DNA of 64,000 nucleotides, from assembly GCA_024408235.1 (NCBI GenBank), contig JAKSVF010000001.1:29417-93416 (forward strand), read 5' to 3'. Positions 1 to 8,588 of the stretch are shown piece after piece. A model generated the notes under the pieces. The model was given only the letters and a program-made list of their open reading frames with translations. It searched no databases and was not told where the DNA came from. The first letter of the stretch is position 1; each line of letters begins with the position of its first letter. Origin of the DNA: Bacilli bacterium (GTDB lineage: Bacteria; Bacillota_I; Bacilli_A; RFN20; CAG-826). Both the position numbers and the translations under genes were made by a program.

Positions 1-2
1 CC

Positions 3-3000
3 ATAGCCGACTCTGGAATGGATGCATTTAAGAACGCTAACAAGGATTACATCTACACAGCCAACAAAGATGAACTGAGATATGAAAATAGACAGCTCAT
101 CAGAATTCTTGAAGCTGCAGTCGATCCTGTCTATGGAGTCATCGCTAATGATGGTGCCGTTAAGGAAATCAAGATCTCAGACGTTGACGCTTACTACTTA
201 GTGAACCCTCTCCTCAAGTCATTGGCAGAATCTCACGTCTTTAACTCCTTGTCCGATAAGCAGATTGCGGAAGGTGTTAGTATGACCGCGTTGGAGAAAG
301 AATTCTCATCGCTTTTAGGTTCGGCTTCCCTCTTTGAAAGCAAGACGAATGCAGACAAAGCGGTTTTAAGCGTGACAAAAGGCGTTACATCGTTTGAACA
401 TCGTGCAAATCTTTGGGACGATGAGATTGATCAGGTCACCAATGTCCTTACATCAATCCAGGATTTAGACATCGATCTCAATAATTTCTCGTTCGACAGC
501 ATCTTCCCAGATGGCAAGGATGAAGCGAAGAGACAAAAGCTCGAGAATATGCTTTTGAGCATCAATAACTCTCAGATTCTCCACTCAGTTCTCCCATACC
601 AAATCAATAAATCTGTTGATACCTTGGCGGATAGCCTTGGTTCATCATTCACACTCACGAATGTTAACGCCTACTACACCGGATATGATTCTGATGGTTT
701 AGCAAATAGATATGATGATGCGGAAATCGTTAATTTCTCATATATCATCCAAGATGGCTTAACAATGGGCGAACTTGATATGTCTTCGATGCATGGCGAC
801 CAGATCGATACTGTCATGTCATTGTTGAAGAGAATCGCTTCGAGCAACGTTTTCAACACAATCAAGGAGCCTGCATCAACCTATGAGATGACCGCTTTCG
901 AAAGCTTGTATTATCAGGCTATCGAACAAGCTAATGTTTTCGATGACATCAATCAGTTAAAAGCGTCTATTTTCCACGTAACAAACGGAGCTAGAACTGA
1001 CTTATCCGTCCTTGGTTCGCGCGCAGCTTCTTGGGAAAATGAAATCGATACCCTTCACCAGGTCTTCCTCGACTTTGATGGCCTCGGATTCCAAATTGAT
1101 AATTTCGATTACAATTCTCTCGATGAGTCCAGGGATTCAGAGCTTGCTACATTACTTGATGATGTGGACAAATCAATCACAATGCATTCAATGCTTCCTT
1201 TGAAGATCGAGGCTGCAATTGATGAAGTCGATGATTCGCTAGGAGAAGGTGTTTCTCTTGGAGTTGCTAACACAAGATACAAAGGCACATCTATTTTATC
1301 TTATGGTGATGGTCTTACTGTTGAGGTTCCAAATGCTTATGACGATTACGATGAATGTGAACACATCGCCCGAATCGTAAATAGAGGCTTGCATATGGGC
1401 TCGGTGGATTTAAGCGCCGGATCAACGGATACCAAATTCATCGACTTACTTATTGAGATGGGTCACTCTAACGTATTCAACACCTTGCCTGATAATAATT
1501 ACGGAATTGACCTCACTTCATTAGAAACTGTTTTCTCAACATCGGTTAAAAAATCGGGTATCTATTCTGAGAAGGAAGCTCAGGCATCCGCTTTGCTCGT
1601 TACCAACAAATCCTCGGACCTCGCTTTGAGAGGTGATTTATGGGAAGAGGAACTCGCCTATGTCCGTGCAACAATCAATGCGTTATCGGAAATCGATTTA
1701 GATATCGAGCACTTTGATTTATCAGCTCTTTTCACAGGCGGTCCAGAAGATGAAACGACTAGACAGAAAATGGTCACCCTCCTTAATTCATTAAGCGATT
1801 CTAAGACACTTCATTCTGTTGCCCCTATTAAACTTAGAACAACAATTGACTCCTACAAGAGTTCTTTGGCCGCTGGTCAGGTTTCTTTTGACAACGCAAA
1901 CTACGATTACAACGGCAAAGTGATATATGAGTTCGATGATACCTCATTAGGAAATGTCACATTACCAAACGCCTACGGATACGACGAAAACGAGGCTTTG
2001 TCATACATCATCATGGAGTCTTCAAATCTTCCAGATCAGAATCTTGCTGATTTAACATCCATCGACAGAACTCCATATATATCCCTATTAAAGAGACTTT
2101 CAGCAAGCCACGTTTTCAATACGCTTGAAGAAGGACTTACGCATTCTCCAAATCTCCTAACAGCATTCGAAAACACATATGTAAGCATTCTTGATGAAGG
2201 CAACGTTTATGAGCATTATGCAGAGCAAGAGCTTGAAGTTGATAGAATTGCCACATTTGAAGCAACTAAGGGCGTCTCCAATTTCGACAATATAAAAGCG
2301 ATTTGGGATGATGAACTCGATTTAGTCGAACAGATCATCACCGATTATCAGACATGCGGATTTACAATGACATCCATCAACATTGCAAACCTCTTCCCGG
2401 CATCTGCAACAGAAGAAGAAGCGGAACTCAGCAGAATGAACTTACAGGAATTGATGGATGACGTAAACTCGTCACTCACCCTCCATTCAACCCTCCATCG
2501 CACGGTCAATGAAGCTATTGATAAAGTCAGTGACAAGATGGGTGGAGATTCGATGGACAACGCAAATGTCTACTTCACCGGTTACTCGGTACCTGATAAA
2601 AAGCTTGGTAACTACTACACCGACGAGGAAGTTGAGAAACTCTCCTATATTGTTAAAGGCTGCATGAGAATGCCTGATGTCGACAAGAGCGACATTGGCT
2701 CAATCGATGCATCTAAAGTTACGGATTTGCTTGCTCATTTAGCAACAAGCCAAGTATTCAACTCACTTAAGGATGGAGAGCCATTTACCGCATTTGATAA
2801 CGCCTATGCCACCCTCATGACAACGGATGGCTTAAACGATGTCTATTACCATGCTCCAAACCCGGTTGATAAAGACGCTATTTATTCAACTTCAGCCGAT
2901 AAGGCTAAGGTTGTTGCAAGGTCAACATGGACACCTCTTACTTTATCCATTGATATCGATACATATGATGTTTCAAATATCAACGGTAACACTGGTTCAT

Positions 3001-5114
3001 TGCAGTACGTCTTAGAGTACTTTGTTGATCCGTCTAACTCAGACGTCATGGATTCACTTAATGGCGAATTCTCGTCTTTAACTGGAGATAAGATCTATGA
3101 TTCACTTACTAGGTTGAACTCGTGCGAATTAACAAAGGACATGGTGCCTAACATCATCGATAAGACAATTAACGATCCATCTTTCTCCCTAGGCTCAATC
3201 AACATCAAGAGAGCAAATCCGTTCTATTGTTACAATGGATTATGGGGTAATAAGTATGATGACGATGAAATCGAATGCATCGCAAACATCATAACCGCTA
3301 ATAACAACATGAAGGATAGTGGTGGACATAGCATCTTCGCTAACCTCGGCTCGGCTACTATTACTCATTCAACGGTTGTCGAGTTAAAGAACTTGATGGA
3401 TGCAATGAACGAAAGCCAGGTATTCCATTTGTCAGGTGCTAGATCAGGCGCTGAATTCTTTGATTCAACAGTCGCTGCTTGGAAAGAGCCATTGACCGCA
3501 TTTGAACAGATCTTAGGAACTATCTATGAAGAGTCCAACCTCGCTTCTCTAGCATATAACTCAACTAGAGATGCATATGCTTCTTGGAGCGAGAAACTCT
3601 CTGCTCGAATGGGACACTTCCGCGATGGAAACCTCGAATCTCTCCACGGCGCAGTCGCCAATAGATATGAAATCGAAGTCGAAGCAATCTGCAACTTGAT
3701 TGATGTTGCTATCGACCTTGACCTATTGTCATCAGGTTTGAGCCTCGGTTCATTTGAACTCGGTTCATTCTCACCTGAACAAGTCAGATTCTTATCTAAC
3801 GCTCTCAACATCGTTGACATGGTTTCAGACGCTCTTCCAAATAAGATAGATTCATTCGTTAAGACAACAGGCGTTGATAAATACAATGCCGTTGATGTAA
3901 TGGGCGAAAAACTCGATATTGCCAATTACTTCCTCTCTCAAGAACAGATGAGGGATGGCGCTATCGATTCTATCTACACCTTCTCAAATTCAATTTACGA
4001 ACCGGCTGAATATGATACTTTAGGCAATAAGACCAAGGATGCTAAGTACACTACATTCACAGGTCCTGATGCAGTGAACATGTCTGAGTGGATTCTTGGC
4101 GAAGGAAAGTTCTCCTCAATATTGAAATTCATTGATGAGCCAAACGGTTTCTATGCGTCATCGCATTACACGGCTACCCCATTAGACGGTTCAAGCCTTG
4201 CCGCCATCAATGCTGCAACAGACACCTATGACTTCACAGCGAGAGATGCATTCTTCTATAACATCTCCTCATTCAGCGTTGCTGGAGAAGTTCTTAACCT
4301 CGGTTCATACCTCGGAGCGGGTGACTCGTTGCTACTTGATCTTAAGGGCTCTAGAGACGCGTTTGACCACGTCGAGAAAACTGACGCATCTTACTTAAGC
4401 GAAGAAATGTCCATCCACTCAACAATGATCGATCTTGGAACAATATACGTTGCCCTTAATGCATCGTCATCACTTGGAACTCTTCCAACTCACTTAGCTG
4501 AGTTTGAAATGTTAGCAAGCGACCTCGCATATTCAAGCGTTGAATCATTGTTCACATACTTCGGCACAAATAGCTCATCTCTATCCGGAAGATATGCTTC
4601 AGGACTTTTAGAAGAACCTGTTCATAAAGCTAACTCCTACATCAACGGCAACTCTTACTTCACCGCTCTGTTCGACGCTACAGGCCTCCCATACCCATCA
4701 AGCTATATGGATGGCGCCTCGGTTAGAACCCGTTCGTCCTACGATGAAGGATCTACATTAAGCACATACTCCATCTACTCAGATAACGGCTCGGATTTAA
4801 GAAGCGAAGATGTAAAGGATGCCTACATGAGCATGCTTAGAATCGTGAAGGAAATCGGCATTGGCGCATTAACGTCAAGCCACACAATTGATACCGTTTC
4901 CCTCAACTCTGCGTTCTCAACAATCGACTCCCTCGTATCAAATCCACGAGTCAGCGCATTAACAAAGTTATTCTATCTCTCATCCACATATGACTATCTC
5001 CTCAACAGAGGCGCATTCCACGGCGAAGTCCTCCCATTCCTGAGTGAGATTGATGTGCCAAATCCGTTCGATTCGGCCTTCACTTATAGTGGATTATCCT
5101 CATTCATCGCTTAA
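3..5114 (+). CDS. Giant acidic repeat protein, 5'-partial (reading frame open to the window edge; at least 1698 aa). About six tandem repeats of roughly 200-220 aa each carry an S[HNQ]VFN[ST]L motif. Function unknown; possibly surface or secreted.
   Basis: Uninterrupted ORF with no in-frame stop back to nt 3. Repeats seen in the translation: SHVFNSL, SNVFNTI, SNVFNTL, SHVFNTL, SQVFNSL, SQVFHL spaced about 200 aa apart, each followed by W(D/E)(D/E)E(I/L)D. Strongly D/E-rich. Confidence 0.6.
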   Translation: MADSGMDAFKNANKDYIYTANKDELRYENRQLIRILEAAVDPVYGVIANDGAVKEIKISDVDAYYLVNPLLKSLAESHVFNSLSDKQIAEGVSMTALEKEFSSLLGSASLFESKTNADKAVLSVTKGVTSFEHRANLWDDEIDQVTNVLTSIQDLDIDLNNFSFDSIFPDGKDEAKRQKLENMLLSINNSQILHSVLPYQINKSVDTLADSLGSSFTLTNVNAYYTGYDSDGLANRYDDAEIVNFSYIIQDGLTMGELDMSSMHGDQIDTVMSLLKRIASSNVFNTIKEPASTYEMTAFESLYYQAIEQANVFDDINQLKASIFHVTNGARTDLSVLGSRAASWENEIDTLHQVFLDFDGLGFQIDNFDYNSLDESRDSELATLLDDVDKSITMHSMLPLKIEAAIDEVDDSLGEGVSLGVANTRYKGTSILSYGDGLTVEVPNAYDDYDECEHIARIVNRGLHMGSVDLSAGSTDTKFIDLLIEMGHSNVFNTLPDNNYGIDLTSLETVFSTSVKKSGIYSEKEAQASALLVTNKSSDLALRGDLWEEELAYVRATINALSEIDLDIEHFDLSALFTGGPEDETTRQKMVTLLNSLSDSKTLHSVAPIKLRTTIDSYKSSLAAGQVSFDNANYDYNGKVIYEFDDTSLGNVTLPNAYGYDENEALSYIIMESSNLPDQNLADLTSIDRTPYISLLKRLSASHVFNTLEEGLTHSPNLLTAFENTYVSILDEGNVYEHYAEQELEVDRIATFEATKGVSNFDNIKAIWDDELDLVEQIITDYQTCGFTMTSINIANLFPASATEEEAELSRMNLQELMDDVNSSLTLHSTLHRTVNEAIDKVSDKMGGDSMDNANVYFTGYSVPDKKLGNYYTDEEVEKLSYIVKGCMRMPDVDKSDIGSIDASKVTDLLAHLATSQVFNSLKDGEPFTAFDNAYATLMTTDGLNDVYYHAPNPVDKDAIYSTSADKAKVVARSTWTPLTLSIDIDTYDVSNINGNTGSLQYVLEYFVDPSNSDVMDSLNGEFSSLTGDKIYDSLTRLNSCELTKDMVPNIIDKTINDPSFSLGSINIKRANPFYCYNGLWGNKYDDDEIECIANIITANNNMKDSGGHSIFANLGSATITHSTVVELKNLMDAMNESQVFHLSGARSGAEFFDSTVAAWKEPLTAFEQILGTIYEESNLASLAYNSTRDAYASWSEKLSARMGHFRDGNLESLHGAVANRYEIEVEAICNLIDVAIDLDLLSSGLSLGSFELGSFSPEQVRFLSNALNIVDMVSDALPNKIDSFVKTTGVDKYNAVDVMGEKLDIANYFLSQEQMRDGAIDSIYTFSNSIYEPAEYDTLGNKTKDAKYTTFTGPDAVNMSEWILGEGKFSSILKFIDEPNGFYASSHYTATPLDGSSLAAINAATDTYDFTARDAFFYNISSFSVAGEVLNLGSYLGAGDSLLLDLKGSRDAFDHVEKTDASYLSEEMSIHSTMIDLGTIYVALNASSSLGTLPTHLAEFEMLASDLAYSSVESLFTYFGTNSSSLSGRYASGLLEEPVHKANSYINGNSYFTALFDATGLPYPSSYMDGASVRTRSSYDEGSTLSTYSIYSDNGSDLRSEDVKDAYMSMLRIVKEIGIGALTSSHTIDTVSLNSAFSTIDSLVSNPRVSALTKLFYLSSTYDYLLNRGAFHGEVLPFLSEIDVPNPFDSAFTYSGLSSFIA

Positions 5115-5115
5115 T

Positions 5116-5727
5116 ATGACCCAATTACTACCATATCAGGAATACATAAGCGAAATTAAAATCCTAGGATCACGCTTTATCGCCGTATTGGAGCCGATTC
5201 TAGAGGAGAGTGAGATAGATGCTCATCTCGAACGTTTAAAGGCCTTATATCCAAAAGCAACGCATTATTGCTACGCTTCAAGATTCGGCCCAAGCGAAAG
5301 AATGAGCGATGATGGTGAACCATCACGAAGTGCCGGCATGCCACTTCTAACGATTCTCAGGCAACATGGCATCACTCAAGCCCTCATCCTCGTCATCAGA
5401 TATTTTGGTGGGACAAAGCTAGGATTGCCACGTCTCACTAGAACATATAGAGATGCGGCGGAGGATGTAATTGCAAACGCGAAGTTCGCAACCATCATCG
5501 AGGGTTCCACGCAAAACCTTACGATGAGCTATGCCAATTACGAGCATGTAAAGAAACTCGTGGCAAAAACTAACCTCGAGATGTACGGAGAAATATATTC
5601 CGAGGATGTGACCATTACCCTAAAAGGTGAGAATGAGTCGCTATTAAAATTCGTTTCTTCCCTTCCTTACGAGATCATCAGGGGAGAAATCCAGTCAGTC
5701 AAATTATTAAAGGAGGCAGAACAATGA
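5116..5727 (+). CDS. yigZ: YigZ / IMPACT family protein (UPF0029)
   Basis: KILGSRFIAVL start and the DDGEPsrSAG motif typical of IMPACT/YigZ. ATG at 5116 lies 2 nt after the upstream stop; the longer ORF from 5044 is an N-terminal extension artefact. Confidence 0.7.
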   Translation: MTQLLPYQEYISEIKILGSRFIAVLEPILEESEIDAHLERLKALYPKATHYCYASRFGPSERMSDDGEPSRSAGMPLLTILRQHGITQALILVIRYFGGTKLGLPRLTRTYRDAAEDVIANAKFATIIEGSTQNLTMSYANYEHVKKLVAKTNLEMYGEIYSEDVTITLKGENESLLKFVSSLPYEIIRGEIQSVKLLKEAEQ

Positions 5728-7013
5728 TCCCTTCAAACGAATACGCAGCTAGAAGACAAAGAATTCTTTCCGTCATGGAAGAAGACAGCATCATGGTCCT
5801 TTTCTCAGGTGTTGAGAAGATGTCTAGCGCAGATGAAACATACCCATTTGAGGTTAACCGCAATTTCTATTACCTAACTGGTATCGACCAGCCAGACTCA
5901 AGTCTTATCTTGGTCAACACGGATGGCGAAATAAGAGAATTCTTATTCGTCTCGCCATTTGATCCTGTTAAGGAGAAATGGTATGGCAGGAGATTAACAC
6001 TCCAGGAAGCCGCAAAAATATCCGGAGTCTCAAATGCTCAGGTGAACACAATTGTCATGGATAAGGTTGCCGGTATTCTTGATCCAACTCTCGCTCAGTA
6101 TGGTGAAGTCAGCCATATTTATTTAGACCTCGAGCCTGAAATCAAGATTGCCGAAGAAACAACGACCAGAGATTATAGAGACACAATCAAACACACCTTC
6201 CCTAACGTTGAAGTGCTTGATGCATATCCATTGATAACCACTCTCAGATTAAGAAAATCCAACAAGGAAATCGAAGAATTGAGAAGCGCTATCCGCACAA
6301 CAAAACTCGGCGTTTATTCCGTCATGAACGCAATGAAGGAAGGCAAGAGAGAATTTGAGATGGCAGACTTGTTCCTCCACACAGTAAATGACGACAACTG
6401 CTATCAGGGCCTCGCTTTCCCAACCATCATGGCTGCAGGCAAAAACGCTACATGCTTACACTATAGAACCCTCCAGGGAGTTATGCATGATGGCGATCTT
6501 CTCCTTATGGATTTAGGAGCTAGAAACGGTTACTACTGTGCTGATGTTTCTCGTACAGTCCCAGTATCTGGCAAATTCACCAAAGAGCAGAAAGAGATTT
6601 ACAACATCGTCTTAGGCGCTAATAAAATGGTCGCTAAGATGCTTAAGCCTGGAGTGACAATCGAAGAGCTTCAACAGGCGACAATCATGTACTTGGCTGA
6701 TGAGTGCTTGGCAAAAGGCTACATCAAGAAGAAAGAGGACATCATGGAATACTATTACCACGGTGTTTCCCATTTGATCGGTCTTGATACGCATGACGCT
6801 TACTTCGCTCCTAATTCAAGGGAATCGAAGAAATTGAAACTAGAGCCTGGAATGATCATCTCCAATGAGCCTGGCTTATATATGGCCGATAGAGGAATTG
6901 GCATCCGCATCGAAGATGACTTACTCGTCACCGAAGAAGGCTGTGAAGTTTTAACTGCTGAAATCATCAAAGAAGCCGATGACATCGAAGCGTATTTAGC
7001 CACAAAAAGATAA
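5724..7013 (+). CDS. Xaa-Pro aminopeptidase (M24B, creatinase/prolidase fold)
   Basis: HGVSHLIGLDTHD and NEPGLY metal-binding motifs. The N-terminal domain resembles the PepP/creatinase N-domain. ATGA overlap with yigZ. Confidence 0.8.
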   Translation: MIPSNEYAARRQRILSVMEEDSIMVLFSGVEKMSSADETYPFEVNRNFYYLTGIDQPDSSLILVNTDGEIREFLFVSPFDPVKEKWYGRRLTLQEAAKISGVSNAQVNTIVMDKVAGILDPTLAQYGEVSHIYLDLEPEIKIAEETTTRDYRDTIKHTFPNVEVLDAYPLITTLRLRKSNKEIEELRSAIRTTKLGVYSVMNAMKEGKREFEMADLFLHTVNDDNCYQGLAFPTIMAAGKNATCLHYRTLQGVMHDGDLLLMDLGARNGYYCADVSRTVPVSGKFTKEQKEIYNIVLGANKMVAKMLKPGVTIEELQQATIMYLADECLAKGYIKKKEDIMEYYYHGVSHLIGLDTHDAYFAPNSRESKKLKLEPGMIISNEPGLYMADRGIGIRIEDDLLVTEEGCEVLTAEIIKEADDIEAYLATKR

Positions 7014-7023
7014 TTAGAGACGA

Positions 7024-7049
7024 AGCTCACAATAATGTGGGCTTTTTCT
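7024..7049 (+). terminator. Rho-independent terminator after the aminopeptidase gene
   Basis: AGCTCACA-ATAA-TGTGGGCT stem (8 bp with one G.U pair) followed by TTTTTCTTTTTC. Confidence 0.55.
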
Positions 7050-7078
7050 TTTTCTCATAGAGTTTATAATAAACTCAT

Positions 7079-8560
7079 ATGAAGAAATATATCTTGGCTG
7101 TAGACCAGGGCACCACATCGACACGTGCCATTTTAATTAACAAAAAGGGCGAGGAAGTATACAAAGCTCAGCGTCCTGTCGATTGCTATTTCCCAAAAGC
7201 GGGATGGGTTGAACAAAGCGCGGACAACATCTGGGTTTCGGTAGTTGATGTCATCAACGAGCTCATGATTGTGAGCAGCGCTAAATGGGAGGAGATTGCC
7301 GGCATTGGTATAACCAATCAGCGTGAGACTACCATCGTGTGGGACAAGTCAACCGGAAGAGCTATCCACAACGCCATCGTTTGGCAATCAAAGCAAACAC
7401 AGAAAATCTGTGACCGTTATGAGAAAAAGAAGACGTTTATAGCTGATAGGACAGGCCTTAGGTTAAACCCATATTTCTCCGCGTCTAAAATCAGATTCAT
7501 TCTTGAAGCCGTACCAGGCGCTGAGGAGAAAGCCAAGAAAGGCGAGCTGATGTTCGGAACAATCGAGACATGGCTTATCTACAAGATGACTAACGGGGCA
7601 GTTCATGCAACTGATGTATCTAATGCCTCGCGTACTGCGATATTTAATATATATGATATGAAATGGGATGAGGAACTTTGCAAGCTCTGGAAGGTCCCAA
7701 CCTCTATGTTGCCTGAAGTAAAAGATTCTTCCTGTGACTTTGGCGAAGCTTCATTCTTCCCTGGCCACGTCCATATCTATGGCGTTGCAGGAGACCAGCA
7801 GTCTGCCTTATTTGGCCAATGCTGTTTTAAAGAAGGCGAATCAAAAAACACATATGGAACCGGTTGCTTCATGCTCATGAATACCGGCGAGAATCCAATC
7901 AAAACCAAATCCGGCTTATTAACTACAGTCGCTTGGCGAATCAACGGCAAGACAACTTACGCCCTAGAAGGTTCAGTCTTCATTGGCGGTGCTGTAGTTC
8001 AGTGGGTCCGTGATCAGACTAGATGGATTGAAGACTCAAGAGATTCTGAGTACTATGCATCAAAAGTGAAAGACACGGCGGGAGTGTACTTTGTACCTGC
8101 TTTCGTTGGATTAGGAACCCCATATTGGGATGATGATGCTAGAGGCGCAATATTCGGTCTTACAAGAGGCGCTGATAGACATCACATCACTAGAGCGGCC
8201 ATCTATTCAATTGCTTATCAATCCAAAGATGTAATTGATACCATGAGGAAAGACGCCAACCTAGATCTCCCTGTTCTGAAAGTTGATGGCGGCGCATCTG
8301 CAAACGCAATGCTTATGCAGTTCCAATCAGATATTCTTCAGTGTGAGGTCCGAATCCCTAAGAACGTTGAAACAACGGCCTTAGGCGCCGGTTACTTAGC
8401 TGGTCTTGCCTGCGGATTCTGGAAAGACTTAGCAGAAATTGAGAAGAACGTGGGTATCCAAAGACGTTTCTTCCCGACAATGGATCCAACTGAGGCTGAT
8501 AAACTTTGTCGCGGATGGGCGAAAGCCGTTATTGCTACGCGTGCATTCAAGACCGAGTAA
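7079..8560 (+). CDS. glpK: Glycerol kinase
   Basis: N-terminus MKKYILAVDQGTTSTRAIL and an FGGY-family sugar-kinase signature throughout. A TATAAT sits about 12 nt upstream. Confidence 0.92.
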   Translation: MKKYILAVDQGTTSTRAILINKKGEEVYKAQRPVDCYFPKAGWVEQSADNIWVSVVDVINELMIVSSAKWEEIAGIGITNQRETTIVWDKSTGRAIHNAIVWQSKQTQKICDRYEKKKTFIADRTGLRLNPYFSASKIRFILEAVPGAEEKAKKGELMFGTIETWLIYKMTNGAVHATDVSNASRTAIFNIYDMKWDEELCKLWKVPTSMLPEVKDSSCDFGEASFFPGHVHIYGVAGDQQSALFGQCCFKEGESKNTYGTGCFMLMNTGENPIKTKSGLLTTVAWRINGKTTYALEGSVFIGGAVVQWVRDQTRWIEDSRDSEYYASKVKDTAGVYFVPAFVGLGTPYWDDDARGAIFGLTRGADRHHITRAAIYSIAYQSKDVIDTMRKDANLDLPVLKVDGGASANAMLMQFQSDILQCEVRIPKNVETTALGAGYLAGLACGFWKDLAEIEKNVGIQRRFFPTMDPTEADKLCRGWAKAVIATRAFKTE

Positions 8561-8588
8561 TATTAGAATCACCCTATAGTGTAGGTGT

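Noticed and set aside
18-5114. DNA-level tandem duplication or assembly collapse in the giant repeat gene
   Set aside because: The repeat copies are strongly diverged at the nucleotide level (conserved only as protein motifs), so they are ancient domains and not a recent duplication or artefact.
5044-5115. Upstream ATGs giving N-terminal extensions (5044 for yigZ; likewise 16964 for pncA, 34489 for stp, 37814 for rpmB, 39076 for glgD, 41596 for leuS, 44208 for gdhA, 45609 for coaX, 46529 for the S-component, 32135 for the sun-like gene, 10951 for addA)
   Set aside because: The downstream ATGs are preceded by clear Shine-Dalgarno sequences and give N-termini matching the known families. The extensions overlap upstream genes or terminators.
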